From Lama guanicoe (taxonomy: Eukaryota), in the NCBI GenBank assembly GCA_013239625.1, contig MU053482.1:1401168-1465167 (forward strand): DNA of 64,000 bases, given 5' to 3'. Below, one piece after another: positions 12,592 through 42,199 of this stretch. The position numbers and the translations under genes were made by a program. A model generated the notes under the pieces. That model made no database searches. It had not been told where the DNA came from and saw only the letters and a program-made list of their open reading frames with translations. How positions within the stretch are numbered: position 1 is the first letter of the stretch; the number at the start of each line of letters is the position of its first letter.

Positions 12592-13100
12592 CAGTGGTTC
12601 TCAAACTTTCTGGTCTCAGGACACCTTCACACTTTGAAAAAAATCATTGAGAACCCTCAAGAGTTTTTGTTTATGTGAGTAACATGCGATTTATCAATAG
12701 TTAACATATTAGAAATTAAAGCAGAATTTTTTTAGATTATGCATTATTAGGATGATCATAACAAAACCATTAGGTATTAACATAAAGAAGATGCATTCAA
12801 ATAACTACATTTTCAAAACAAAAAATTTAAATAAGACTGGTACTGTTTCACGTTTTCCCAAAACTGTTTAATGTCTGGCTAAACAGAAGACAGATGGGAT
12901 TTTCTCTCTGCTTTTTCACATGCAATCTGTTGAGAAACCGCATTTACATAGTCTCTGGAAAACTCTACTGCACACTCATGAGAGAATGGGAGTGAAAGAG
13001 AATAATGTTAGTATTACTATGAAAATCGTTTTGACCTTACAGACCCCCTAAAAGGACCTTGGAAATCCCCAGTATTCTCCACACCACATTTTGACCACAT
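12592..13100. mobile_element. hAT-Charlie-type DNA transposon relic
   Basis: Begins cagtggttctcaaact and ends with a degenerate inverted end (ccacattttgaccac); interrupts an old L1 fragment. Confidence 0.65.
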
Positions 13101-13647
13101 AGGTCAGTTCAATTGATCTATAGGTCAATTTCAATTATGAATGTTGATGCAAAAATCGAAGTGAAATCTTACTAAACAGAACCCAGCAGTGCACTGAAAT
13201 ATGAATGTACCATGTCCAAGTGGGATTCTTTTGAGGAATGTAGGAATGTTAGGAAATCCATTAATATGAATTTAATATATTAATAAGTCAAAGGAGAAAA
13301 TCATTTAGTCATTTCAATAGATGCAGGAAGTATTTCACAAAATTCAACATTAGTTTCTGATCCAAAATTCCCAGGAGGGCAGATATGATAAAATAAATCT
13401 ATCTCTGCCCAACAATCAGCCTCATGTTTAATTAAAATATACTAGAAGCGCAGCGTGAGGGGGCAGAACTTGCCTGAGCACTCAAGGAACTTAAGTTCTG
13501 TCTGGGAGGCGGACTGCCCGTGATGGTGGTGAATGAGGAACCCAACAGTAGCCGCTGATAGATATCAGAGGCTTTAGCAGAAGAACTAATGATTAGCCAA
13601 CTTTAACCATCAGCTCCCACCATATTCCATTCCCTGGGCGTACTTAC

Positions 13648-13819
13648 GTATTGGTGAAGCAGGGATCAGGGTGACTATCCAGGTGTTCCTAGAGATGCCC
13701 GGTGGCAATCTGCAGACTGACCTGCTACGGCCATGAGCTGACTATGGCCTCCTGTCTCCCACAATCTGGCCGGAACGGGACCTGGAAGCAGGGAGGGGAA
13801 GCTGCTCCGCAGAGCCCAC
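13648..13819 (-). pseudogene. Fossil exon A of a second OVCH2 protease domain (activation peptide to His region)
   Basis: ccccttcccag acceptor and gtaagt donor intact; across frames reads GLCG...QIVG..QEAIVSSWP*QVSLQIATGHL*...TWIVT...PCFTN, with two TAG stops, indels and loss of the CGG segment. Confidence 0.85.
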
Positions 13820-14870
13820 CTGGGAAGGGGCCAAGAAGACACATCCTTATGACCCATGGATCCTCTTCACCACCAGGTCCAGATTTGAGCATCTACCTGT
13901 GCCAGGAACTCTAATAGACATCTGGGAATAATGAGAAATGCTTATTGTATCCTATACATATATATACACACTATAAGTGAATGTTTCAGCCAAGAGTAAA
14001 ATACCAACTTCACCCTCTCCCCTCCTCTTTTTTGCCCCAATAATTTAGTCTCCAAACACTTTACATCCTATGTTCACAGTGTATCTTGCCTCCATCTTCT
14101 ACCTTTGAGCTTGGGTCTTCAATATTGCTCACCTGGACTCCTCTCCCTGTGGTTACTCTTTCTCCATCCTCCTCTCACTCCCAAAGTAACCACCAAAAAG
14201 TGCTTGTTTTGGTCTTGTCACTCCCCTGATCAAAACCTTCCAAGGGTTCCCCACAGCAAATAGAATAATGCTGACATTCTATTTATCTTTGTGAGCCCAA
14301 ATCAAAACCAGTTTCCTAATCATCTCATCCACGAGCTACTTCAGTCTTTTCTTGTATTGCGGTTTTCTGTGCACATTTTCCCTTTTCTTGTGAATCTTAT
14401 TACAGTATAACATAGATAAAGCAAACTACTCCAGTAAGAAAGTACTTAGAATGAATTTCCCAAAAGTACAACAGGAACCCAGATCAAGAAACAGACTAAA
14501 ATTGACACAACATTGTAAACTGACTATACCTCAATAAAAAGAAAAGAAAAGAAAGAAACAGACTAGCAGAACCGCAGAAGACACGTCAGGAGCTGTCCAG
14601 GTCACTACTCCCCTGAAGCGTTAACTGCTACCCTGGCACGTAACACCATATACTACTTTTGAATGATCTTAGTTTTACATACATCTGCTCTCTATTTGTA
14701 CATGTAAATTTCATGATTAGGGTAGAAGTTCTTCTATATTCAGTATCTTGTAACAACCTTTAACGAAAAAGAATATGAAAACAAATATATGAATATATAA
14801 GCATGACTGGGACATTATGCTGTACACTAGAAATTGACACATTGTAACTGACTGTACTTTAATTTTAAAA

Positions 14871-15276
14871 AGTAAATGAATAAAATAAAAGAGGATATAA
14901 GTTTCTTAAAGATAGGTTAGTACCTGTTTTGCTCCTCTTGGTACCCGCCTCCCCCACAGCCTGGGCTCTGGTATCGAGATTTGCGCAGAGAAGACACCAA
15001 ATGAGTATCAAGCCAATGTGACCGGATGTCAACAAGTTATGAATATACGTGAAGGATAAACAGAAGTTCCTTGAGTAAATGAATAAAATAAAAGAGGATG
15101 TAAGTTTCTTAAAGATAGGTTAGTACCTGTCTTGCTCCTCTTGGTACCCGCCTCCCCCACAGCCTGGGCTCCGGTATCGAGATTTGCCCAGAGAAGACAC
15201 CAAATGAGTATCAAGCCAATGTGACAGGATGTCAACAAGTTATGAATATACGTGAAGGATAAACAGAAGTTCCTTG
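14871..15276. repeat. Tandem duplication, 2 x 203 bp
   Basis: 14871-15073 and 15074-15276 are identical except for 5 substitutions that I counted. Confidence 0.95.
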
Positions 15277-16312
15277 TATTATTCTTTAACCTGTTCTGTA
15301 GATTTTCAAGATTTCAAAATAAAAAGTGCAGGACAAAATTGCTTATTGGATGACTTAAGTAATCTAGGTTAGGTGACCTATTGAAAACAAGACATAGGGA
15401 AACAATTTCTCTTGTCCATCCTCAGTTTTTATGTGTATTTGAATAAGGGAAGAAGGTCCTAAAGTAGGTGTGAATTCGGTGAATAAGGACCAGGCCAGTC
15501 TCCCATATTGCGGTTTTACAGGGGTAGCTATTTGTGGGTTATTTAGTTTTATTCACCAAATATTTATCCGGCAGCTCCCATGTTCTGGGCACTGCGGTAG
15601 GTGCTGGGGATAAAATGATGAACCAATCTTACCGCATGTTGTAATAAGACGCCTTGGAGAATGTTGTATGTGGTTTAGGCTGAGAGTAACGGCTTTGCTG
15701 AATGTACCCCCGTGATGGCCAAGAGGAGGGACCACTGAAGACCCGCTTTACAGAGTTTCCACCCATGATATCTATGCATCATGAGGTCCAAGAAGGCCTA
15801 ATAAAAAGACTCCAACTGCTTCTATCCCTCTTCATTAAAAGGAATACTCACCCCACACACTCTCTATTGCTCTGTGCCCTGTGTGTCAATAACTTATAAA
15901 ACTAAAATAAATAAATATTAAAATTTAAAAAACAAAAATAAGGTGCTGGAATTTTCTCTTGACTATCAAAATGGCAAACTGTGAGTTTCCTTACCGTCAG
16001 CCTCCGCGTGCTCCGCGCACCGTATTTTCCTTGGGGACGTGGATGGCACGTGTGCATGTCAGTAGACGCCATGGAGGAAACAAGGCAAAGAGAAGGCCCA
16101 GCGTTTCTCAGTGCTCACCGGCATGAAGACAGAGCAGCACACACACTCCTCTTCAAGTGGGTAGATCTTGTGAGTCAGATCAGTCTGGCGCGCTGTTTAG
16201 CCATTCCCACTGACTGAATCCTTCAAGATGGGGAATTTTGACTCTTGTGATAGAAAATATTTCAGTGTTACTTTGAGCAAAAGGGACAATGACCACATCC
16301 CATACCGCTCTG

Positions 16313-16541
16313 TGTGATGGCTTTTTTGATGTGGCAACTTGCCTAGGGTAATAGCACCTGGTTATTCAATCCAACATTCACCTAGATGTTCCTATGAAGG
16401 GATCCTGCAGATGTAATAAAAGTCCCTAGTCTGTTGACTTTAGGTAAGGAAGTTTCCCGAAAAATCTGGGTCGGCCTGACATCATTAGTTGGAAAGGCCT
16501 TAAAAGCAGAACTGAGGACTCCCCCAAAGAAAGAAGAAATT
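16313..16541 (+). mobile_element. MLT2-type (ERVL) LTR, 5' part
   Basis: tgtgatgg...tggcaacttg...atctgggtcggcctgacatcattagttggaaaggccttaaaagcagaactgagg. Confidence 0.7.
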
Positions 16542-16985
16542 ATTATTAGCTTGCTAGGTCTGCTACAACAAAATGTCACAAACAGGGAAGCTTAGAAGGC
16601 AAACGTTTATTGTGTCACAGTCTTGGAGACTAGATCCGAGATCAAGGTGTTGGTAAGGCTGATTCCTTCCGAGGGTGGCGATGCAGAATCGGGCCCAGGC
16701 CTCTCCTCTGGCATCTGGCGGTTGGCTGGCAGTCTGTGGCATTCCTTGGCTTGTGGATGATCCATCACCCTGATCTCTGCCTTCATGCCCATATGAGGTT
16801 CTCCCTGTGTGCGTCCCTCTCTCCAAACTTCCCCTTTTAGAAGGACACCAGTCATTCTGGATTAGGACCCACACTTGACTGCCTCTGTAAACACTATCTT
16901 CAAATAAGGTCACAGAGTGTGAGCCTGGACACTGAAGGTTGGGATCCAATGTATTTTTGGGGGGTTCTCTGGGTGAACCCTAACA
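16542..16985 (-). mobile_element. MLT1-type (ERVL-MaLR) solo LTR
   Basis: Minus strand reads tgttaggg...gtgaccttatttg...caagccaaggaatgcc...caacaccttgatctcgga...aataaa...tttgttgtagcag...ctaata; AATAAA at 16606-16611. Confidence 0.85.
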
Positions 16986-17025
16986 CACTCTGCACCTCAT
17001 GGTCACTCTCTCCAAAACAGCTTAC

Positions 17026-33994
<16,969 letters not shown>

Positions 33995-36110
33995 TTTGAA
34001 ACTGAGTTTTTCCCTGAAATTTTAGAGAGACTAAAGAGAATCAAAATAGCCTTGTGAGAGCAGCAACATACCAATTTAAAAGAAAGTTATTCATTAACCA
34101 ACACACAAGGCACTCAACCATGTCCATATGCTGTTTCTGAATGTGGCTTATTACAAAGATCTTTGCAGATGTGGGGAGGCAGCCGCAGAAGCATAGTCTT
34201 GATCAAGCACTAGTACATGTCCCATTACACCCACATCAACATATTGCTTCCTCCAGAATTTATCTGGCTAGCCAAGTGGTAGGTGTCTAAGGTTTCCATT
34301 TGCAAACATTACTTGCTTCTAGGGACAGGTTACCGCTTTCTATGAGAGAATTGAATATCAAAATTGTCTTTGTTTGCAAGGATAGACTTTCCTACATGCT
34401 TGCAAACAACTCATCAGAGTATATTAAAACATTTGTCTTTCTCTTGTTTTCCAAATAGATATTATAAATGGATGGTTATAGCCATTTGTTAGAGGAGAGG
34501 AAACGATAATCTGGTAGCACGCTCAGGAAGTCAAGCTACTAGATGGTCATTTAGGTTACTGTTCATTGAGGCATTTATGAATCTGCACTTTTTCATCATT
34601 TTTTTTTATATTTATAGAAGGCAAAAACTAAATCACGTTTGCTTCTGTACCTGGCAGGTGATACAGCACTGGGAGGTGGCTCTGATTATATCCAAGCCTT
34701 CTTTTTCCTTGGCTGAGTGTTTGGGACATAGTCAGTGTCTGAGAAACACTTGTGGATTGACCAATACCATTTACGAGCACATCGGAATATGAGATTTTTT
34801 TTCTGTCAATTTTTACAAATTATCTGCCCCCAAACAGCAAATGTCAAACCAGAAGCCTCTAACTTTCTTATGGTAAGTTTTGCCCTTCTATAAAATAGAT
34901 CTACAAAAGCACAACACATGCAAAGAATATACATGCAAAGCAAATGAGTTTTAAAGCCTAAAATCTGTGAGAATTGCAAACTTAGGAAACAGTCAAGACT
35001 TCAGCCTTATGAAAAGGACACTCAAACACCAATAAAGACTTTACTCACAAATATTCAGTAAGAAAATAATATACTCAAGGTCCTGAGGAAAAATAACTAA
35101 CAACTTAGAATTTTATGCCCAGCTAAATGATCATTTAAGAGTAAGAGTGAGATAAAGATATTTTCAAGGCAAAAAACACTTGAAAGGGTTCAATAGCATA
35201 CCATTGCTGAGAGAGCCACTAAATGAAGAAAGTACATCAGAAGAAAGAAATTAAGTCCAGAAGGAAGGAGAGGGATGCAAGAGGCGATGTGAATAAAGGA
35301 AAAGAAAACAAAAAAAAACAAACCCTGCTGAAATATATGTGAATCTAACCAAGTATAAAGTAAAAATAGTAGTGACTAATTTGAGATTATATGGTGAAGT
35401 TTTCTAGTTGTCTATGCCATGTATATTCTCCTCCTTTTTCTTGGTAACAGTACCCTGGTTTTATTGGGTGCTTCAAAGTGCCCAATTTAAAAACAAAACA
35501 AAACACATTTTCCAGATTCCCTTACATATGAAAAGGCCTTCTTACTCAGTTCTGGTTGTTGGTTTAGGGTCCACAGAATACTCCATAAAGAGATTAGATG
35601 GACTCAGCTGATGTAAACCTTTTGGCTCCAGGCTTTTCTCCTTCATCCTTCCTGAAAAATGAACAAAATTGTTAAAGATGGAACAATCATTCTGTGGCCT
35701 CCAAGCAAGAAGCACAAGGTAAGGATGGCTGAGGGGAAATATAGAAGTCTAGGTGTCTAGTATGTTGTGGAGCTGCTGTATCAAATTTCTCATTATGTGC
35801 ATAACACATAATCCGCAATACAGGCCATAGTTTATTTTTAATTTCCTTAATTATCAGTGATAGCAAATGTTTCAAGTGCATTTAATAGCAATTAGTATTT
35901 ATTTTTCTATGTATTGCAGATCTGTGTCTTTTGTTCATATTTCTACTTGGTTGGCTGTCCTTTTGACTTTTTGTGATGGAAACTTAAAATCTGCATAAAA
36001 GTAGAGAGAATGGTTCAATGAACCTCCATGTACCCATCTCTCTGCTTCAACAATAACCCATCTTGGCCCATTTTATTTCTTTTATAACTCTTTCACAACT
36101 CTACAATCTT

Positions 36111-38375
36111 ATATTTTTTAATTGAAGTATAGTTGACTTATAATATTATGTTAGTTTCAGATGTACAACATAGTGATTCAAAACTTTTATAGATTATACT
36201 CCATTTAAAGTTATAAAATAATGGCTATATTCCTTGTGCTGCACAGTATGTTCTTTTAGCTTATTTATTTTATATGTAGTAGTCTGTATCCCTTAATCCT
36301 CTACTCCTATATTGTCCCTCCCCTTTTCCCTCTCCTCACTAGTAACCACTAGTTTATTCTCCATATCTGTGAGTTTGTTTCTGTTTGGTTAGATCCATTC
36401 ATTTGTTTTTTTCCCTTCATTATAAAATTTTCCATTGCTGGGGTACATTTACTACAATTGATGAAACAATACTGATACATTATTACTAACTAAATCTCAT
36501 AGTTTATATTGGGATTCATTCTGTGTTGTACAACTATGTCAAGTATCCACCATTACAGTATCATACAGAATAGTTACTCTGCTCTGAAAACCCCATGCTC
36601 CACCTATTCATCACTCTCCCTGTCCCTCCCACACTCAAACCGAACCCTTGGCCAACACTGTTCTGTTTTTTAGATTCCGTATATAAGTGATAACACACAG
36701 TATTTGTCCTTCTCTGTCTGTGTCTGACTTATTTTACTAAGCATAATACTATCCAAGCCCATTCATGTTGCTGCAAATGGCAATATTTCATTCTTTTTTA
36801 TGGCTGAGTTATATTTCATTTATCTATATCTATATCTATATTTATATCTCACACCTTATTTATCCATTCATCTGTTGATAAACACTCAGGTTTCTTCCAT
36901 ATCTTGGCAATTGTAAATAATGCTGCTATGAATTGATGGGGTGCATGTATCTTTTTAAATTAGTGATTTCATATTCTTTGGATATATACCCAGTAGTGGA
37001 ATTGCTGGATCTATTTTTAGTTTTTAAAGAAAACTCCAGACTGTTTTCCACGGTGGCTGTACCAATTAAACACCAACAGCATACAAAGTTTCCCTTTTTT
37101 CCACATCCTCGCCGACATTTGTTATTTGTGATCTTTTTGACTATATCCATTCTGACAGGTGTGAGGTGATATTTCATTGTAGTTCTGATTTGCATTTCTC
37201 TAATAATTAGTGATGTTGAACATCTTTTCATGTACCTGTAGGCAACCTGTACATCTTTTTTGGAAAAATGTATATTCAGGCCTTGTGCCCATTTTCTAAT
37301 TGGGCTGTTTGTTTTTTGGGTTTTTTTGATATTCAGTTATGTGAGCTGTTTATATATTTGGATATTAATCTCTTATTGGTCATATCATTTGCAACAATTT
37401 CTCCCATTTGGTAGACTGTCTTTTCATTTTGTTGATGGTGGTTTCTTTTGCTGTGCAAAAGCTTATAAGTTTAATTAGGTCCTATTTGTTAATTTTTGCT
37501 TTTGTTTCCTTTCCCTTAGGAGGCGGACCCAAAAGGATACTGCTACAATTTATCTCACAAAGTGTTCTGCATATATTTTCTTCCAGGAGTTTCATGGTTT
37601 TTGGTCTTAGATTAAGTCTTTGATACATTTTAGTTTATTTTTCATATATAGTGTGAGAAAATGTTCTAATCCCATTCTTTCGCATGTAGCTGTTCAGTTT
37701 TTCCAGCACCATTTATTGAAGAGATGTCTTGACCCCATTGTATATTCTTGCCTTCTTTGTTGTAGATTAATTGACCATAAGTGGGAGGTTTATTTCTGGG
37801 TTCTCTTTTCTGTTCCATTGGTCTTTGTGTGTTTTTGTGCCAGTACCATAATGGTTTGATGACTGTAGCCTTGTAATATAGTTTAAAATCAGGGGGTGTG
37901 ACACCTCTAGCTTTGTTCTTTCTCAAGATTGTTTTAGCTATTCAGGACCTTTGTGTTTCCATACAAATTTTAGAATTATTTGTTCTAGTTCTGTGAAAAA
38001 TTCTGTTGGTATTCTGATAGGGATTGCATTCAATCTGCAGATTGCCTTGGCTAGTTTGATCATTTTAACAATATTAATTCTTCCAATCCATGAACAAGAT
38101 ATATCTTTCATCTGTGCTATCTTCAATTTCTTTGTCAGTGTTGTACACTTTTCAGAGTATAGGCCTTTTAACTCCTTAGTTAGATTTATTCCTAGGTATT
38201 TTATTCTTTATGATGCAATGGTAAATGGGATTGTTTTCTTAATTTCTCTTTCTGATAGCTCATTGTTAGCATACAGAAATGCAACAGATTTCTGTATATT
38301 AATTTTGTATCCTGCAACTTTACCAAATTCATTGGTGAGCTATAATAGTATTTTGGTGGTCTTTAGCATTTTCTG
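36111..38375 (-). mobile_element. L1 (ORF2 3' half and 3'UTR) with an additional L1M-like segment at about 36420-36660
   Basis: ORF2 fragments [47 protein letters not shown] tctacaatctt at 36100-36110 and 38376-38386. Confidence 0.92.
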
Positions 38376-40369
38376 TCTACAATCTTGTTTTGAAACAAAT
38401 CCCAGGCATTATTTTATTTCACCTCTAAGCAATTCAGAACATGTCTTTCACATGCAAGGACTAATAAAAATATAACCACAATGCATTAGTAAACCAAAAA
38501 AATGATAATTATTTAATATCAAATATTTGCTGTTTGAATTTTCCCAATTGTATTATAAATTTTTTTCCACAACTGAGTTGAGTTAAAATCTAAAGAAGGT
38601 CTAACTATTTCATTTAGTTGTTATATATCATGACTTTTTAAGCTATAGCTTCCTTCTCTCTTGTTTGAGCAATTATTTTTGTGGAAGAAATTGGTTATTT
38701 AGTCCTCTAGAATTTTCTACATTATGTGTTTCACTGATTGCATCGCTATCCAGCTATTCCTTTTAATGTGTTCCCATAAACTCTGTGACCTGTGAACTGA
38801 TAGGAAAATCTAGATAGAGTCTTGATCAGATTCAGCTTAGATTTTGGGCCATAAATTTTATAGCAGGGGTGTCTACTTCCTATTGCATCATACCATGAGG
38901 CACATAATATCTGGTTTCTTTTCTATGATTTTAAAATTAGTAAGTAGGTTCAGATTAATTCAATATAAAGTTCCTCACTTTTTTTACTTTATGATTTTCA
39001 AAAGCCCCTTTTCTTTCTTTTTTTGGTTTTCATTAATCACTAGTCTCCAAATTCATACAAAACAATGATGCATTTGCACAATTTCTCTCCTAAACTAGAT
39101 TTCTATGGAAAAAATACAATCTCCTTTCTCCTTTTATGTTTGTGACATTTTGTTTTTGTTTGTTTGTTTTATTCTGAACTACTTTTTCTCTGGCTTTCTC
39201 ACTAAACTACACCTCCCTTGACCCTCGTCCTCTATTGTATCACCAAAGTGTGATCTTCATAAACTCTAGTACCTAGGAGAAAGCTTTCAGAGTCTGAAGC
39301 ATAACACAAAATTTTCATCTAGAATTTTTGAGCTAGTTATGTCTCTTCCATTTGCAAACACAATGCTTATACAACTTCCTTTCCTCTACCTTCTTCATTT
39401 CAGGGCATGGTTTTTTGTTGCTTTTTTTTTTTTTTTTTCATAGGGTCCTGCTTTGGACAAATCCATATGATGGCATTTCCCTTTTTCTTCACTCATTCCT
39501 GATATGCTCACTTACGCCCAAGTTTATTTCTCTGCTATCCATACCCTATGCCTACTACTTCTGGGAACACTCTTCCCATTTTTCCTTTCCCCAATATTCC
39601 TGAAATTCCTGGGCATAACTAAACCTCTTCTCTTCCCTAGGATCCTCCCATTCATATTCTAAGACTGAATGTGAGGAAAGCAGAAGTACCTCTTCCTTTT
39701 TACAGTTTCCCTCTGTTACACCTCTCATTTCCAAATTATCTCTTCCTTTTTAGATTGAATTTTTAAAAACAATATCGTCTTGTTTTTGACTAGTTTCATG
39801 GCATTCTCTGCTTGACTTTAATTATTTTACAATTCAACTCAATCTCCACATTTGCTCACCTTCAGTTTCAAGTGTGTTTTCTCCTGTCCAACAGGGAAAA
39901 CACAAGGCATCTATAAAGACAGAGTCAGTGACTCCCACCTAGGAATTGTATTAAAGTGGCAGTCTGAGAACGTACTGAGGCTTCCTGTTCTTGATCCACA
40001 TTTATGATAAGACATGTGTAATAAATGACCTCATAGTAGTGCTGGAAAACCAGAAAGGGAAAGGGTATTTTTAATGGACCCAAATTATTAATATTCTTAG
40101 AAAGATAAAAAGCAGATGAAATCCCACCAGAAATTGATACAACATTGTAAACTGACTATACTTCAATTTTTTAAAATGCCATAAATGACCATTTGAGTAA
40201 CAATGAAAAAGAAAGCAGATGAAATCCAATTAAAGGAAAGATGCCTATTAGGGGAAAACTGCTAGAAAAATTCTAGAGTGATAGAACTTTGGAGGCAGCA
40301 GCAAGAGTGAGAAGAAATCTCCTGGACAATATCAGGGTCATTTGGATTTCCAAATAGAAAAATTAGGTA

Positions 40370-41298
40370 TTTGTTAATCCCTCCACTCCCCTTTACCCCT
40401 GGTAACAATTTTGTTTTTCACGTCTGTGAGTCTGTTTCTGTCCTGTAAATAAGTTGGTCTCTTTTTTTTTTTTTAGATTCCACTTATAAATTATATCATA
40501 TGGTATTTTTTTCTTTCTTTCTGGCTTCCTTCACTTAGTATGACAATCTTCATGTCCATCAATGTTGCTGTAAATGACGTTATTTTATTCTTTTTTATAG
40601 CTGAGTAGCATTCTTTTGTATAAATATACCACAACTTCTCTATCCAGTCATCTGTTGATGGACATCTAAGTTGCTTCCATGTCTAGGCTGTTGTAAATAG
40701 TGCTGCTATGAACACTGGGGTGCATGTGTTTTTTCAAATTAGAGTTTATTCTGGATGTATGCTTGGGAGTGGGACTCCTGGATCACAGGGTAAATCTACT
40801 TTTAGTTTTTTAAGGAATCTCCATACTGTTTTCCATAGTGGCTATACCAAACTACATTCCCACCAACAGTGTAGGAGGGCTCCTTTTTCTCCACATCCTC
40901 TCCAGCATTTATCATTTGTGGATTTTTTAATGATGACCATTCTGACTGGTGTGAGGTGATACCTCATTGTAGTTTTGATTTGCATTTCTCTGATAATGAG
41001 CGATATCAAGCATTTTTTCATGTGCCTATTTGGCCATTTGTATGTCTTCATTGGAGAATTGCTTGTTTAGGTCTTCTGCCCATTTTGAATTGGGTTTTTG
41101 TTGTTGTTGTTGTTGTTAAGCTGTATGAGCTGTTTATAACTCTGGAAATTAAGCCCTTGTCAGTCTCATCATTTGCAAATATTTTCTCCCATTCCATAGG
41201 TTGTCTTTTTGTTTTGCTTATGGTTTCCATTGCTGTGCAAAAGCTTATAAGTTTAATGAGGTCCCATTTGTTTATTTTTGCTTTTATTTCCATTGCCT
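40370..41298 (-). mobile_element. L1 fragment
   Basis: [30 protein letters not shown]. Confidence 0.9.
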
Positions 41299-42199
41299 CA
41301 GTAGTTAACTGAGGAGTGAGGGAATATGTACCCTCAGATACTACAGGTGGAAAGCAAATCAACATAGATATTTTTAAAGGGTTTATAAAATGTACAATTT
41401 ACATGGAAGTTATAGCAGTGTTAAACATTTATATACCTAATAATACAGCGTCTAAATGTTTAAAGGAAAATCTGATAGGAATATGAGAAATGGAAAAATC
41501 TGCAATCATAATGCAAGACTTTTAGAACTTGATAGGTCAAATAAACAACTAAAAAGTAAGTCTAATCTAATAGATTTTTAGTATAAAACATCATGCAAAA
41601 ATAATGCAGTTTTCTTTAAGTGTAATTTGGCAGTATCAGAATTTAAGTCCTGCAAACCTTTTAACTCAGCAATTCAAATTCTTAGAATACATCCAAGAGA
41701 ACTACTGATATACAAGCACAGTGAAGCACTAACAGGGGTATAGCTAAATAAATACTTGTTAAATGCTCTGGAATACTATGAGCCATTGCAAAGAATGAAG
41801 GCAATTAATGTATACTCACATGGAGCTGTCTAGAAATATTTTTGAATAAAGAAAAGCAATTTCAGAGCAGTACAAATAGTAACATTGCTTATGAAAAACC
41901 ACGAAAAAATCAGGAACAAGGAAGAGATTCTTGGCTTATCTAGAAAGGGAAGGTTGGGATGGAGATGATAATGGGGTGGGGAAAGGAAGGAATACCTCTG
42001 ATAACTGGATCTCCATCTATCCCAAGAGTCCAGGATTTGAGGGAAAAACTATGATTAGTGGGAAATGCCATGGCTGATTAAATTGTGGGTCACTTTGACA
42101 CAGAGAAAAGCATTTGACTCTTTGTGCAGCTTCCACAGGTGCAATTAAACAGGAACCGAGGACAGTGCTCAAGGAAACATTTTCAGGCACCTGGTCATG

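Noticed and set aside
15700..15940. Segment ending in an A-rich tail, possible retrocopy
   Set aside because: No convincing TSD or recognisable parent sequence.
36926..38475. Cluster of 60-174 aa ORFs (similar clusters at 40708-41365, 43873-44360 and 49090-53718)
   Set aside because: Broken L1 ORF2 fragments or their antisense frames; no intact retrotransposon ORF.
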